59,503 nt of DNA, from assembly GCA_002269645.1 (NCBI GenBank), contig NIVC01000456.1:1-59503 (forward strand), in the 5' to 3' direction. Shown here piece by piece: positions 13,228 to 25,458 of the stretch. The notes beneath the pieces were generated by a model. It saw only the letters and a list, made by a program, of their open reading frames with translations. It was not told the origin of the DNA and ran no database searches. Made by a program: the position numbers and the translations under genes. Every line of letters starts with the position of its first letter. The first letter of the stretch is position 1. The stretch comes from Macrostomum lignano (Eukaryota).

Positions 13228-13784
13228 GCTATCCAGGTAAATGATTCTCTCAGTGTAACTCTTGGCAGTTGGTCACTTAGTCACCGCTGATTTTAGTCTG
13301 ACGTTTGCTCCGCTCAGGAAAGCCCTTTGCCAATTTTGTCCTCTCTGGATTTCGCTAGGCAAGAGCGTCATTGGATCACGCGCCCTGGCCAATCAGAAGT
13401 GGTTCGCTTGATCAGCCAAGCCAGCCAGCCTGAGAGACGACTGCATACGGCCGTCCTTGGGACCGGGGGGGGGGCTCCAGAAAGCCAGCCAGGATTAGAA
13501 TTTCAATTTGTAATTCGCCCGTCTGGGCACGCACAATTTACTGCAAGCTCGATGCCCGGTGATGACGGACGAGACACGACCGTTTGGCTGCTACCATTCG
13601 TTGATCCGTCAATCGGTAGGAGATCAAAGCGGGTTGCTTTTATCTGCTTCTGGATCTCTGAAAGAGTTTGCCGAGATTAAATTGGTTGAGACTTCAAGCT
13701 CTCTGTTTGCAATAATCACGTACAAGAATAAAAATAACTGACCGCATATTTCAGGTACATGTTTACAAGCCGTGGCTTCCCTCT

Positions 13785-14110
13785 GATGCATCAGAGAGTC
13801 CCGCCGTTCTTTCCTTCCGATGCATCAGAGAGTCCCGCCGTTCTTTCCTTCCGATGCATCAGAGAGTCCCGCCGTTCTTTCCTTCCGATGCATCAGAGAG
13901 TCCCGCCGTTCTTTCCTTCCGATGCATCAGAGAGTCCCGCCGTTCTTTCCTTCCGATGCATCAGAGAGTCCCGCCGTTCTTTCCTTCCGATGCATCAGAG
14001 AGTCCCGCCGTTCTTTCCTTCCGATGCATCAGAGAGTCCCGCCGTTCTTTCCTTCCGATACATCAGTGAGTCCCGCTGCTCTTTCCTTCCGATGCATCAG
14101 TGAGTCCCGC
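13785..14110. repeat. 34-bp minisatellite (GATGCATCAGAGAGTCCCGCCGTTCTTTCCTTCC), ~9 copies
   Basis: Direct tandem copies. Confidence 0.97.
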
Positions 14111-14842
14111 AGTGACTTCCCTCAGATGCACCACCCGAGACACTTAATTGACTGTCTTTGTGTCTGAGCAGGGAGTTAAGCGACTTTGCTTGAAGTCTGA
14201 TGGATATCGACAAGACATCGGTTTTCTTCTGCCTTGTCCTGTGGTCTGCGGCAAGTGCAAATCCCCTGAAGGCCCTCAGACTGACTGCATGGCTGAGTAC
14301 TGTGTTGCAGCGTTTTAGACTCAAGATTGAATTACCAGACGATGAGTCCGAGAGAATGAAGGAATGTAACTCTTATTCCGCTCTGCCTCTGAGGCGGAGT
14401 CTGTGAACAAGTAATGACTAATTAATTAGAGTACAGAGACGCCTAGCACTAAAGCAGACAAGAATTCTCAGTTTAGGAGCTGAAAAAAATGCGTGGAAAG
14501 AATCGCTGAGCTAATGGTCCGGCCATATCCGATGTCCAAAGCATCATTTTTAGCTTTGCAAATATTGTCAAAGGTTGCTATATTTTGATCAGCTCTTTAA
14601 CTAAGCGTTTGCCGACAAGGACATCTGTCCTGACTATGCCAGATTCTGGCAAACGGCCCGGACATCGTTAATGACTTTTGCCGGACCTGAAATTTGATAA
14701 AAATAAAACACTGAACCTTGTAATGAAAGATGAATTTGAGAATAAAAAATGCTTGATTTTGTTACATCTGGTCTGCTTCCGATTGCCACTTTAAAATTTC
14801 TATATAGCTGATATCATACATGTTGTTTGCTTCCGGTATGTC

Positions 14843-15178
14843 GTCCCCAGCTCCCGCCATCCGACTCCCTGGTGCCCCAGCTCCCATCATCGGAACCCCT
14901 GGTACCCCAGCTCCCACCATCCGACTCCCTGGTGCCCCAGCTCCCATCATCGGAACCCCTGGTACCCCAGCTCCCACCATCCGACTCCCTGGTGCCCCAG
15001 CTCCCATCATCGGAACCCCTGGTACCCCAGCTCCCACCATCCGACTCCCTGGTGCCCCAGCTCCCATCATCGGAACCCCTGGTACCCCAGCTCCCACCAT
15101 CCGACTCCCTGGTGCCCCAGCTCCCACCATCCGACTCCCTGGTGCCCCAGCTCCCACCATCCGACTCCCTGGTGCCCC
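14843..15178. repeat. 30-bp minisatellite with A/B alternation (60-bp higher-order unit); second array at 16643-16860
   Basis: Units GGTGCCCCAGCTCCCACCATCCGACTCCCT and GGTGCCCCAGCTCCCATCATCGGAACCCCT. Confidence 0.95.
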
Positions 15179-16132
15179 CGGCTCTGATATAAATTAGAAA
15201 TCTGTTCCAAGAAACAGCTAGCAAAACAAGTCAGCTGGCCAATAGCAGAATGTGTTACAAAATTTGAAGACGTTGCCACGAGCGTAGTGCCAACAGATTA
15301 CGTTAATTGGTCGCCAGTTACACCGACCATTGTGCAGACAAGCAGTCTGGAATTTTCACACCGAGCCAGTCGCAGGACAGTAAAACTCAATTACTTTAAT
15401 TGCTTTAACGAGTCCACGGGGCTATCTGAATTTTTCACAAAATCCGGAAAAGCGCTGCGTATTATGACAAATCCAGCATAGAAGAAAACACAAAACGTCT
15501 AAGCCGGCTTTGAATTGAGCACTCCGGATGGCCCGCTGCACTTCAGTCTGCAATCTGCATGCATCGCAGACTTTCATTAAATTAATTGCTCTCGGCACTT
15601 CGATTTTCCGGGTTTGCTTTGTTAAAATGCTCGCGGGTAGAGGGGCTGGAGGCCTCAGTCTATCATCGCCAAGCTGAAAGTCGCGCCTGCTTTGCCTTAT
15701 CGATCCAGGGACTGCTGCTATTTTGGACGCTGCTTTCGTATTCAATGCTCCTGCAACCCAGCATGCGCTGCTCTATCGGGGCTGCTCTGCCTCCAACTCA
15801 TCCGATATGAGTCGAGCAGCTAAAATTAGCAGGTCTGAGTGCCGTTTCCGCCCCACTGCAACGGCACTAGAGAGCCCTTCTCATCCCTTCTCATCTGATC
15901 GCTTAGCGGCTGTTGACCTGTTTTTTTTACCTTCACTCGCTGGCATGTTTACAGTCCAAGTATTTAGCTACTTAGCTGACCAAAGCTGATATGCTATCTC
16001 TCTACCTCTCTCCTCTGTCTGCTTCCTTTTCTTGGGAATGCATAGAATTGCCCTTAGGCCTAAAGGTTAATGAAACCTGTCTGCATTAGTGGAAGCCGCA
16101 GTCCCGTCGATCATCGATGTTCATCGATGCGT

Positions 16133-16440
16133 CTCTGATCGGCAACTGGCGCCTCTCCGCCTTCCCGCGGCTTCCCCGTCTGATCGGCAAACGGCGCCTC
16201 TCCGCCATTCCGCGACTTCCCCGTCTGATCGGCAAACGGCGCCTCTCCGCCTTCCGCGGCTTCCCCGTCTCTGATCGGCAACTGGCGCCTCTCCGCCTTC
16301 CCGCGGCTTCCCCCGTCTCTGATCGGCAACTGGCGCCTCTCCGCCTTCCTGCGGCTTTCCCCATCTCTGATCGGCAAATGGCGCCTCTCCGCCTTCCCGC
16401 GGCTTCCCCATCTCTGATCGGCAACTGGCGCCTCTTCCCC
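16133..16440. repeat. GC-rich ~45-48-bp tandem repeat; second copy at 17815-18125
   Basis: CTGATCGGCAACTGGCGCCTCTCCGCCTTCCCGCGGCTTCCCCGTCT, ~7 copies. Confidence 0.9.
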
Positions 16441-18812
16441 TCTAAAAACTCTCGCCGGAGCCAAATGCAATCTAAATGTTTCACTAACATGCTGAGTGGC
16501 AAAGCTCTCCATATTTCATACTTGATTCGGCTGCTGGGAGAACAGCTTAGGAAGGTCTAAAATATAAATTTTGGATGAATCCACTTTTTGCGCTATTAAT
16601 TATTCGTATTTATGTACAATGGGACTCGTGTGCGCAAAATTTGGTGCCCCAGCTCCCACCATCCGACTCCCTGGTGCCCCAGCTCCCATCATCGGAACCC
16701 CTGGTACCCCAGCTCCCACCATCCGACTCCCTGGTGCCCCAGCTCCCACCATCCGACTCCCTGGTGCCCCAGCTCCCACCATCCGACTCCCTGGTGCCCC
16801 AGCTCCCACCATCCGACTCCCTGGTGCCCCAGCTCCCACCATCCGACTCCCTGGTGCCCCCGGCTCTGATATAAATTAGAAATCTGTTCCAAGAAACAGC
16901 TAGCAAAACAAGTCAGCTGGCCAATAGCAGAATGTGTTACAAAATTTGAAGACGTTGCCACGAGCGTAGTGCCAACAGATTACGTTAATTGGTCGCCAGT
17001 TACACCGACCATTGTGCAGACAAGCAGTCTGGAATTTTCACACCGAGCCAGTCGCAGGACAGTAAAACTCAATTACTTTAATTGCTTTAACGAGTCCACG
17101 GGGCTATCTGAATTTTTCACAAAATCCGGAAAAGCGCTGCGTATTATGACAAATCCAGCATAGAAGAAAACACAAAACGTCTAAGCCGGCTTTGAATTGA
17201 GCACTCCGGATGGCCCGCTGCACTTCAGTCTGCAATCTGCATGCATCGCAGACTTTCATTAAATTAATTGCTCTCGGCACTTCGATTTTCCGGGTTTGCT
17301 TTGTTAAAATGCTCGCGGGTAGAGGGGCTGGAGGCCTCAGTCTATCATCGCCAAGCTGAAAGTCGCGCCTGCTTTGCCTTATCGATCCAGGGACTGCTGC
17401 TATTTTGGACGCTGCTTTCGTATTCAATGCTCCTGCAACCCAGCATGCGCTGCTCTATCGGGGCTGCTCTGCCTCCAACTCATCCGATATGAGTCGAGCA
17501 GCTAAAATTAGCAGGTCTGAGTGCCGTTTCCGCCCCACTGCAACGGCACTAGAGAGCCCTTCTCATCCCTTCTCATCTGATCGCTTAGCGGCTGTTGACC
17601 TGTTTTTTTTACCTTCACTCGCTGGCATGTTTACAGTCCAAGTATTTAGCTACTTAGCTGACCAAAGCTGATATGCTATCTCTCTACCTCTCTCCTCTGT
17701 CTGCTTCCTTTTCTTGGGAATGCATAGAATTGCCCTTAGGCCTAAAGGTTAATGAAACCTGTCTGCATTAGTGGAAGCCGCAGTCCCGTCGATCATCGAT
17801 GTTCATCGATGCGTCTCTGATCGGCAACTGGCGCCTCTCCGCCTTCCCGCGGCTTCCCCGTCTGATCGGCAAACGGCGCCTCTCCGCCATTCCGCGACTT
17901 CCCCCGTCTGATCGGCAAACGGCGCCTCTCCGCCTTCCCGCGGCTTCCCCGTCTCTGATCGGCAACTGGCGCCTCTCCGCCTTCCCGCGGCTTCCCCCGT
18001 CTCTGATCGGCAACTGGCGCCTCTCCGCCTTCCTGCGGCTTTCCCCATCTCTGATCGGCAAATGGCGCCTCTCCGCCTTCCCGCGGCTTCCCCATCTCTG
18101 ATCGGCAACTGGCGCCTCTTCCCCTCTAAAAACTCTCGCCGGAGCCAAATGCAATCTAAATGTTTCACTAACATGCTGAGTGGCAAAGCTCTCCATATTT
18201 CATACTTGATTCGGCTGCTGGGAGAACAGCTTAGGAAGGTCTAAAATATAAATTTTGGATGAATCCACTTTTTGCGCTATTAATTATTCGTATTTATGTA
18301 CAATGGGACTCGTGTGCGCAAAATTTGGCCTGCTTGGGGATTTTCGTGCGATTTGCAGCCACGAAGGCCAACTCGCAATGCACAGAGAGAGTGCACATGC
18401 CCGACAGTTCGAATTGCCTCAGCGCTGGTTGGGTGACGTTTCGCCAGGCAGATCAGAGATCTTCTGCGTTATTAATAATAGTATTATTGCGTAAAAATTT
18501 CTAAGAATGTAAAATATTCTGTAGCCTCATGCTCCGGTATTCTCCATTTTTATGCACTCTTTCTAAGTCATTCATGGCTTGCTCAATATAGAGCCATTGA
18601 ACTGAGGTTATCAGAGGCCTTCATAAAAATGCCGCTCTGACTTAAACAGTCTGCTAAGATTTACGACTTCGGTTATTCACGAGTCTGTGGCCCCCGGCTG
18701 GATAACTGCTGGATAATTGTAAATTACTGGGTAAAATGCATCAGCAAAACAAGGAAAGGCATTAAAATTGGGCATTTGGTACCGTAGGGGAGCTAAAAGA
18801 AGTAGCCTAAGG

Positions 18813-21800
18813 TGCTGACAGAGTAGCCCAAGGTGCTGAAGGAGTAGCCCAAGGTGCTGAAGGAGTAGCCCAAGGTGCTGAAGGAGTAGCCCAAGGTGCT
18901 GCAGGAGTAGCCCAAGGTGCTGAAGGAGTAGCCTATAGTACTGAAGGAGTAGCCTATAGTACTGAAGGAGTAGCCCAAGGTGCTGAAGGAGTAGCCCAAG
19001 GTGCTGAAGGAGTAGCCCAAGGTGCTGAAGGAGTAGCCTATAGTACTGAAGGAGTAGCCTATAGTACTGAAGGAGTAGCCCAAGGTACTGAAGGAGTAGC
19101 CTATAGTACTGAAGGAGTAGCCCAAGGTGCTGAAGGAGTAGCCCAAGGTGCTGAAGGAGTAGCCCAAGGTGCTGAAGAAGTAGCCCAAGGTGCTGAAGGA
19201 GTAGCCCAAGGTGCTGAAGGAGTAGCCTATAGTACTGAAGGAGTAGCCTATAGTACTGAAGGAGTAGCCCAAGGTGCTGAAGGAGTAGCCTATAGTACTG
19301 AAGGAGTAGCCCAAGGTGCTGAAGGAGTAGCCTATAGTACTGAAGGAGTAGCCCAAGGTACTGAAGGAGTAGCCAATAGTACTGAAGGAGTAGCCCAAGG
19401 TGCTGAAGGAGTAGCCTATAGTACTGAAGGAGTAGCCTATAGTACTGAAGGAGTAGCCCAAGGTACTGAAGGAGTAGCCTAAGGTGCTGAAGGAGTAGCC
19501 CAAGGTGCTGATAGAGTAGCCCAACAACAACAACAGCAACAGAGTACGCTGTCAGTTCGCAAAAGCAGCGTCAGATAGCGCGCTTCGAAGCTTGGGCGCG
19601 AACAAAGGCCGCACCGCCGGCTGAGTCCGGGGCGCCGGCGTCAGCCAGCAGACAGTAACGTAGCGCCGAGTCCTCGCCTGTCCCCGCCGGTAGGGTGCCT
19701 GCAACGTAAGTAGCAGCACCTCCTGCACCGGCTCCGGACAGTAGGCCTCGGCGCGGATGACGTGGCCTGCCAGCTGGAGTCGCCGACGGCGCAGCAGATC
19801 GCTAGGACGGGCCAGGCCGGCGCGATGATAAAGCGCCGTGTTGGTGACTCGCTCGTTGCCGATCTTGAAGGCGGCGCGCAGCAGGCCAGCGTGCGCCGCG
19901 TCGACTTGAGCCTCGAGCGAGTCTGTCAGCGTCCAGGTCTCGGCGTTGTATAACAGGACGGTCTCGATCACCGCCTGGAACAGCGCCGCCCTCTGGCGGT
20001 CCGGTAGGGCCTCGGACTGCAGGACTGACCTTATAGAACGAAAGGCAGCCCAAGCAAGTCCTCGGCGACGCCGCAGATCCTCGCGGACGTGGGGAACCAG
20101 ACCGCCGAGGTAGACGAACTGCTGACATCTTGGAAGCTCACTCGCCTGTCCGTCAGCGCCTCGGCAGAAGATTGCAGCCTCGGTGTCGTCCGGCACGCAT
20201 AGCACGACGGTCTTCTGCGTGTTGACCACCAGGTCGACGCTCGCCGCAACGGCAACCAGCCTATCCAGCTGTCGTTGGGCACCCTCGACGGTTGAGGACA
20301 GCAGGGCGAGGTCATCGGCGTAGCTAAGCACGCTGAGCCGTCTCTCCGGTTGGCGTCGACTCCTTAAGTAGCTACTCCTTAGCTACTCCTTAAGTAGCCC
20401 AAGGTGCTGAAGGAGTAGCCCAAGGTACTGAAGGAGTAGCCTAAGGTGCTGAAGGAGTAGCCTATGGTGCTGAAGGAGTAGCCTATAGTACTGAAGGAGT
20501 AGCCCAAGGTACTGAAGGAGTAGCCTATAGTACTGAAGGAGTAGCCCAAGGTACTGAAGGAGTAGCCTAAGGTGCTGAAGGAGTAGCCTATAGTACTGAA
20601 GGAGTAGCCTTTGGTACTGAATGAGTAGCCTATGGTGTTGAATGAGTAGCCTATGGTACTGAATGATTAGCCTATTTTACTGAATGAGTAGCCTTTGGTA
20701 CTGAATGAGTAGCCTTTGGTACTGAATGAGTAGCCTAAGGTGCTGAAGGAGTAGCACAAGGTGCTGAAGGAGTAGCCCAAGGTGCTGAAGGAGTAGCCTA
20801 AGGTAACTTAGCCTATGGTAACTGAAGGAGTAGCCTAAGGTACTTATGGAGTAGCCCTCAAAAAAACTCAATCGGAATTGCGTGGGCGGCGTCAAGTCCT
20901 CATTTTTAGTTCCAGCCTCCCGGATGGCGGATATTAAGGCCGTCCCAGTCAATATTTGTCTGCAGCCTAGGGGTCGCTCTGTGCCAGACGGAGCCTCCCA
21001 GTTTGCGTCGCAGCGAGCGAATCGGGTTGGCAACTGGGGCGGATTTAGAACCGATTAAGGACAAACCAAACAGAGTTTAGTAAATTAAAACAATACGTCA
21101 GAACCAGAGAGAATAGCACAACCTGATAGGCACTCGTATACGGGTAACTGAAGGAGTAGCCTAATGTACTAATGGAGCAGCATATAGGTGCTGGATGGAG
21201 TAGGCTATGGTACTTATGGAGTAGCCCAAGGTGTTGAATGAGTAGCCTATGTTACTGAATGAGTAGTCTATGGTGTTGAATGAGTAGCCTATGTTACTGA
21301 ATGAGTTGCCTATGGTGTTGAATGAGTAGCCTATGGTACTGAATGAGTAGCCTATAGTACTGAATGAGTAGCCTATGGTGTTGAATGAGTAGCCTATGGT
21401 TCTGAAGGAGTAGCCTATGGTTCTGAAGGAGTAGCCTATGGTTCTGAAGGAGTAGCCTATGGTTCTGAAGGAGTAGCCTATGGTTCTGAAGGAGTAGCCT
21501 ATGGTTCTGAAGGAGTAGCCTATGGTTCTGAAGGAGTAGCCTATGGTTCTGAAGGAGTAGCCTATGGTTCTGAATGAGTAGCCTATGGTTCTGAAGGAGT
21601 AGCCTATGGTTCTGAAGGAGTAGCCTATGGTTCTGAATGAGTAGCCTATGGTTCTGAATGAGTAGCCTATGGTTCTGAAGGAGTAGCCTATGGTTCTGAA
21701 TGAGTAGCCTATGGTTCTGAAGGAGTAGCCTATGGTTCTGAAGGAGTAGCCTATGGTTCTGAAGGAGTAGCCTATGGTTCTGAAGGAGTAGCCTATGGTT

Positions 21801-21917
21801 CTGAAGGAGTAGCCTATGGTTCTGAAGGAGTAGCCTATGGTTCTGAAGGAGTAGCCTATGGTTCTGAATGAGTAGCCTATGGTTCTGAAGGAGTAGCCTA
21901 TGGTTCTGAAGGAGTGT
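18813..21917. repeat. 21-bp satellite (GGAGTAGCCCAAGGTGCTGAA and variants), interrupted at ~19522-20392 and ~20859-21145
   Basis: Direct tandem periodicity with regional variant blocks. Confidence 0.97.
19522..20360 (-). mobile_element. 5'-truncated RTE-like LINE, same family as 1310-2620, with (GTT)n tail
   Basis: SYADDLALL, FVYLGG, LLYNAETWTL, RRRLQLAGHVIRA; a 1-nt frameshift near the C-terminus; short 3'UTR followed by a (GTT)n tail at ~19522-19541. Confidence 0.95.
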
Positions 21918-23124
21918 TCCACTGTATTGGCAAAGAATGCCGAAAAAATCTCTGTTCACTTCGCGGGTGCTTAGTTTCCAGGCAGAGGAAAAGTACGAGT
22001 CAATTTGCAGTCATGAACACGACTCCAAAACATCCGATTTAGTTTAAAAAACAGGACGTCCTTTTTCTCATTCACTAACCTGCCTGGAAAGCTGTTGACA
22101 AACTTTTGTCTTTAAGACAAGCTTAGCACAAAAGTGTGGCTGAATCTGGATTTAAGGGCTCAAGCTGAGTTGCAACGCTTTCTCTCGAGCATTTTATAAA
22201 TAAGATGAAGCTGAGATTCTCAGGGCGGGAGCCTGCATAATTGAATTGCAGTTCCCACGAGAGTTTCTTGAACTTGTGTCGGCAACAAAGTTTTTTGTCT
22301 GCTCCGACGACTGGTGACGAAAATTTCGTAGAAAATAAACCCGGAAATTGCGTTGGAGAAAACGCAATTCTAAGAAATGATCGAATTAATTGAGCGCCCT
22401 CAGTCTGCGGACAAAGATTTTTTGAGTAAGTCCTTTTATGGAAGTGGCGAAGAAACCAACGGAAACTCGATTGCTCTCCCGGGCAGCGCGGGTCACGCGA
22501 GATCAGCGAGCCGCGTGGGATTTCCGGATAACAAGATGAGAGCCACTAGGCGAACTCGAACCCTCGGTTCCTCCCGTTCCTGTTGATTTAAAAATACCCT
22601 TCTAGCGTGCCAGAACCAACAGTTCGGGTATTTATCAGGAATCGGGTTTCAGACTCAATTAGTGAGTCATCGTAGTCAGTTGATTCGGCACTCGAACTCG
22701 CTTTGTAGGGACCATGAACTAAAGGCAACAATGGGAGTCGCCCTTGAGCCTTGGCATCTTAGCAACACCTATTGAGCAATGAGCCCTGATTTAAAGACTC
22801 TAAGGGAGCACTGAGACAGGACATTGCTACTCACATAAGCCGCATGTAGGCAGTAGCTAAACTACACGATGACTGCATGGACAGTGACCTTGAATTCAGT
22901 CAGTTTTGGGTATAGTTTTAGGTATCAGCAAATAGAGGGAATTGAGGTGAGGCAATTTACTTGTCAGAAATAGCAAAAATGCACCCGTATCGTTTCTGAT
23001 TGAGACAGCCGTCGAACTCTGTAATTCCCCAGCAGAGCAACGTGTGTCAGCCAACAGCACAAAAGCAATTTGTTGGCGCACTTGTCACATCAAAGTTTTC
23101 TAACAGTAACACTTTCTTAAGTTG

Positions 23125-23310
23125 CTAAACTTACGGGTGGAGTTGCTGAGATGTCAAGGCTTACGGGGGAATTGCTGAGATTTCAAGGCTGACAAGGGAA
23201 TTGCTGAGATGTCAAGGCTTACGGGGGAATTGCTGAGATGTCAAGGCTGACAAGGGAATTGCTGAGATGTCAAGGCTTACGGATGGAGTTGCTGAGATGT
23301 CAAGGCTGAG
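23125..23310. repeat. ~30-bp tandem repeat (GGAATTGCTGAGATGTCAAGGCTTACGGGG), 6 copies
   Basis: Direct tandem copies. Confidence 0.9.
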
Positions 23311-24564
23311 AGGTCAGAAGCTACATGTAGTTTATTCAAAAAATTGTTTTATCCATTGTTGCCTCCCCAACGGGGGCGGTGATTGCTAGTTTTCTTCTAT
23401 TTATCATCCTTCTTTTTGTCCGTTACCACCTTCTCTACTTGTCAGTAAGTAGTATTGCAAGAATATTTGCAACGTAGCGAAATTGAATATTTTTCCTGAA
23501 CTCGCGGTCAACTCAGGCGAGCAAATCCAATGAATTAGCGGTCCAACCTACCTGCGCCCCTGGGACCGGGGGAGTTGATGATGCTTCTGCTCGGAGTCTG
23601 GCCCCGGGGTGGTGTGTTCTTTAATCAGTTCCTTGGAATTCTGCGGAGCCACCAGTAAAGACCTTTTTTCTTCGTAAATTCATTTTCTCGCTATTCAGTG
23701 CCTGGCTGTCTGGGGGCGAGTGCGAAGCTGAGCTGCCCCGCCCAGCTTCATCATTCTGATGAGCGATTATCCCTTATTTTTCCCACTAAGATATTCCCAA
23801 AGGACTCGACTCAGTGAGCGGTGTTTAGACCTGCTTTTGCTGAACTTTCACTGGATTCCGGCAGTTAGTCAGTCAGTTGAGTATGTCCAATATTCAGAAA
23901 GAAAATGCACTTATGCACTTATGTAACATTTTGGATGTGAAGACCAGGAAACTGGGCTTCTATAACAATAAGTTTGAAATCATATTGGCATTGGTCAATA
24001 ACTCTGACTTTTAATGGCCGAATGTTTGAATGGCAGCTGATCTTGCTGCTGCCTCAACAACCCCAAGATTCCAGGAATACCTTCTAGCCCCAATAAAAAG
24101 TGCAGCTTCTCCGCTACGGAGCTCAGTTGCACTTTTTCCCAGATTTAAGGCTCGCGATGAACTGATTTCCATCCTGCAATAATCTTACTGAATGCGATGG
24201 ATTAGCATTTTCTGCTTTCGCATTCAGGCGCAGAGAGGCTTGAGTTATTGGGGGCGATCCGGTACGCTACCCGCGGGACAACCCGACCAGAATCTGACAG
24301 AAAATTCCCTGCCTCAACGCTCTCTCTCCCCGTGGTCAGAAAGATTGTCAGTCTCGAGTCCATAATTCGCGCGAAAGTCTTTGATTGATACCGGCTTAGA
24401 GATAGAAAGTACAGGCGGTAGGTGTGTCGCGGCTGTCTCAGCTTCTGTTTTGGGCATATGATGGCAAAGAATGAGACCAAGTTAAATGGTAAGTCATGCG
24501 GTCCAGTCTGGTGGTGTATCCTTCCTTTCCTTGAAACATTTTTGAGGCAGTTTGAAAAAGTCTT

Positions 24565-25458
24565 AATGCATGGCAGCAAGTCTTACTACATGGCAGTTAG
24601 TCTCACTGCATGGCAGCAGGTCTTACTGCATGGCAGCTGGTCTTACTGCATGGCAGCAGGTCTTACTGCATGGCAGCAGGTCTTACTGCATGGCAGCAGG
24701 TCTTACTGCATGGCAGCTGGTCTTACTGCATGGCAGCAGGTCTTACTGCATGGCAGCTGGTCTCACTGCATGGCAGCAGGTCTTACTGCATGGCAGCTGG
24801 TCTTACTGCATGGCAGCTGGTCTTACTACATGGCAGCTGGTCTCACTGCATGGCAGCTGGTCTTACTGCATGGCAGCAGGTCTTACTGCATGGCAGCAGG
24901 TCTTACTGCATGGCAGCAGGTCTTACTGCATGGCAGCAGGTCTTACTGCATGGCAGCTGGTCTCACTGCATGGCAGCAGGTCTTACTGCATGGCAGCTGG
25001 TCTTACTGCATGGCAGCTGGTCTTACTGCATGGCAGCAGGTCTTACTGCATGGCAGCAGGTCTTACTGCATGGCAGCAGGTCTTACTGCATGGCAGCAGC
25101 AGGTCTTACTGCATGGCAGCTGGTCTCACTGCATGGCAGCAGGTCTTACTGCATGGCAGCTGGTCTTACTGCATGGCAGCAGGTCTTACTGCATGGCAGC
25201 AGGTCTTACTGCATGGCAGAAGGTCTTACTGCATGGCAGCAGGTCTTACTGCAGTGCAGCAGCAGGTCTTACTGCATGGCAGCTGGTCTCACTGCATGGC
25301 AGCTGGTCTTACTGCATGGCAGCTGGTCTTACTACATAGCAGCAGGTCTTACTGCATGGCAGCTGGTCTTACTGCATGGCAGAAGGTCTTACTGCATGGC
25401 AGCTGGTCTTACTACATGGCAGCTGGTCTTACTGCATGGCAGCAGGTCTTACTGCGTG
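24565..25458. repeat. 20-bp minisatellite (ACTGCATGGCAGCAGGTCTT), ~44 copies
   Basis: Direct tandem periodicity; ORFs in all three plus frames are repeat artefacts. Confidence 0.97.

Larger units (their letters stand above)
14843..18327. repeat. Near-identical tandem segmental duplication, unit ~1.68 kb (about 14843-16644 and 16643-18327)
   Basis: Identical ORF translations at a constant 1682-nt offset (15287/16969, 15422/17104, 15723/17405); differences are seen mainly in internal repeat copy number. Confidence 0.95.

Noticed and set aside
15287-15989. ORFs inside the duplicated unit
   Set aside because: Short, overlapping on both strands and without recognisable homology; identity between copies reflects recent duplication, not selection
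18793-21959. GYSFST, GYSFRT and NHRLLL repeat ORFs
   Set aside because: Translations of the 21-bp satellite
24202-24420. KTFARIMDSRL resembling an RT motif
   Set aside because: Isolated short similarity with no other RT motifs nearby
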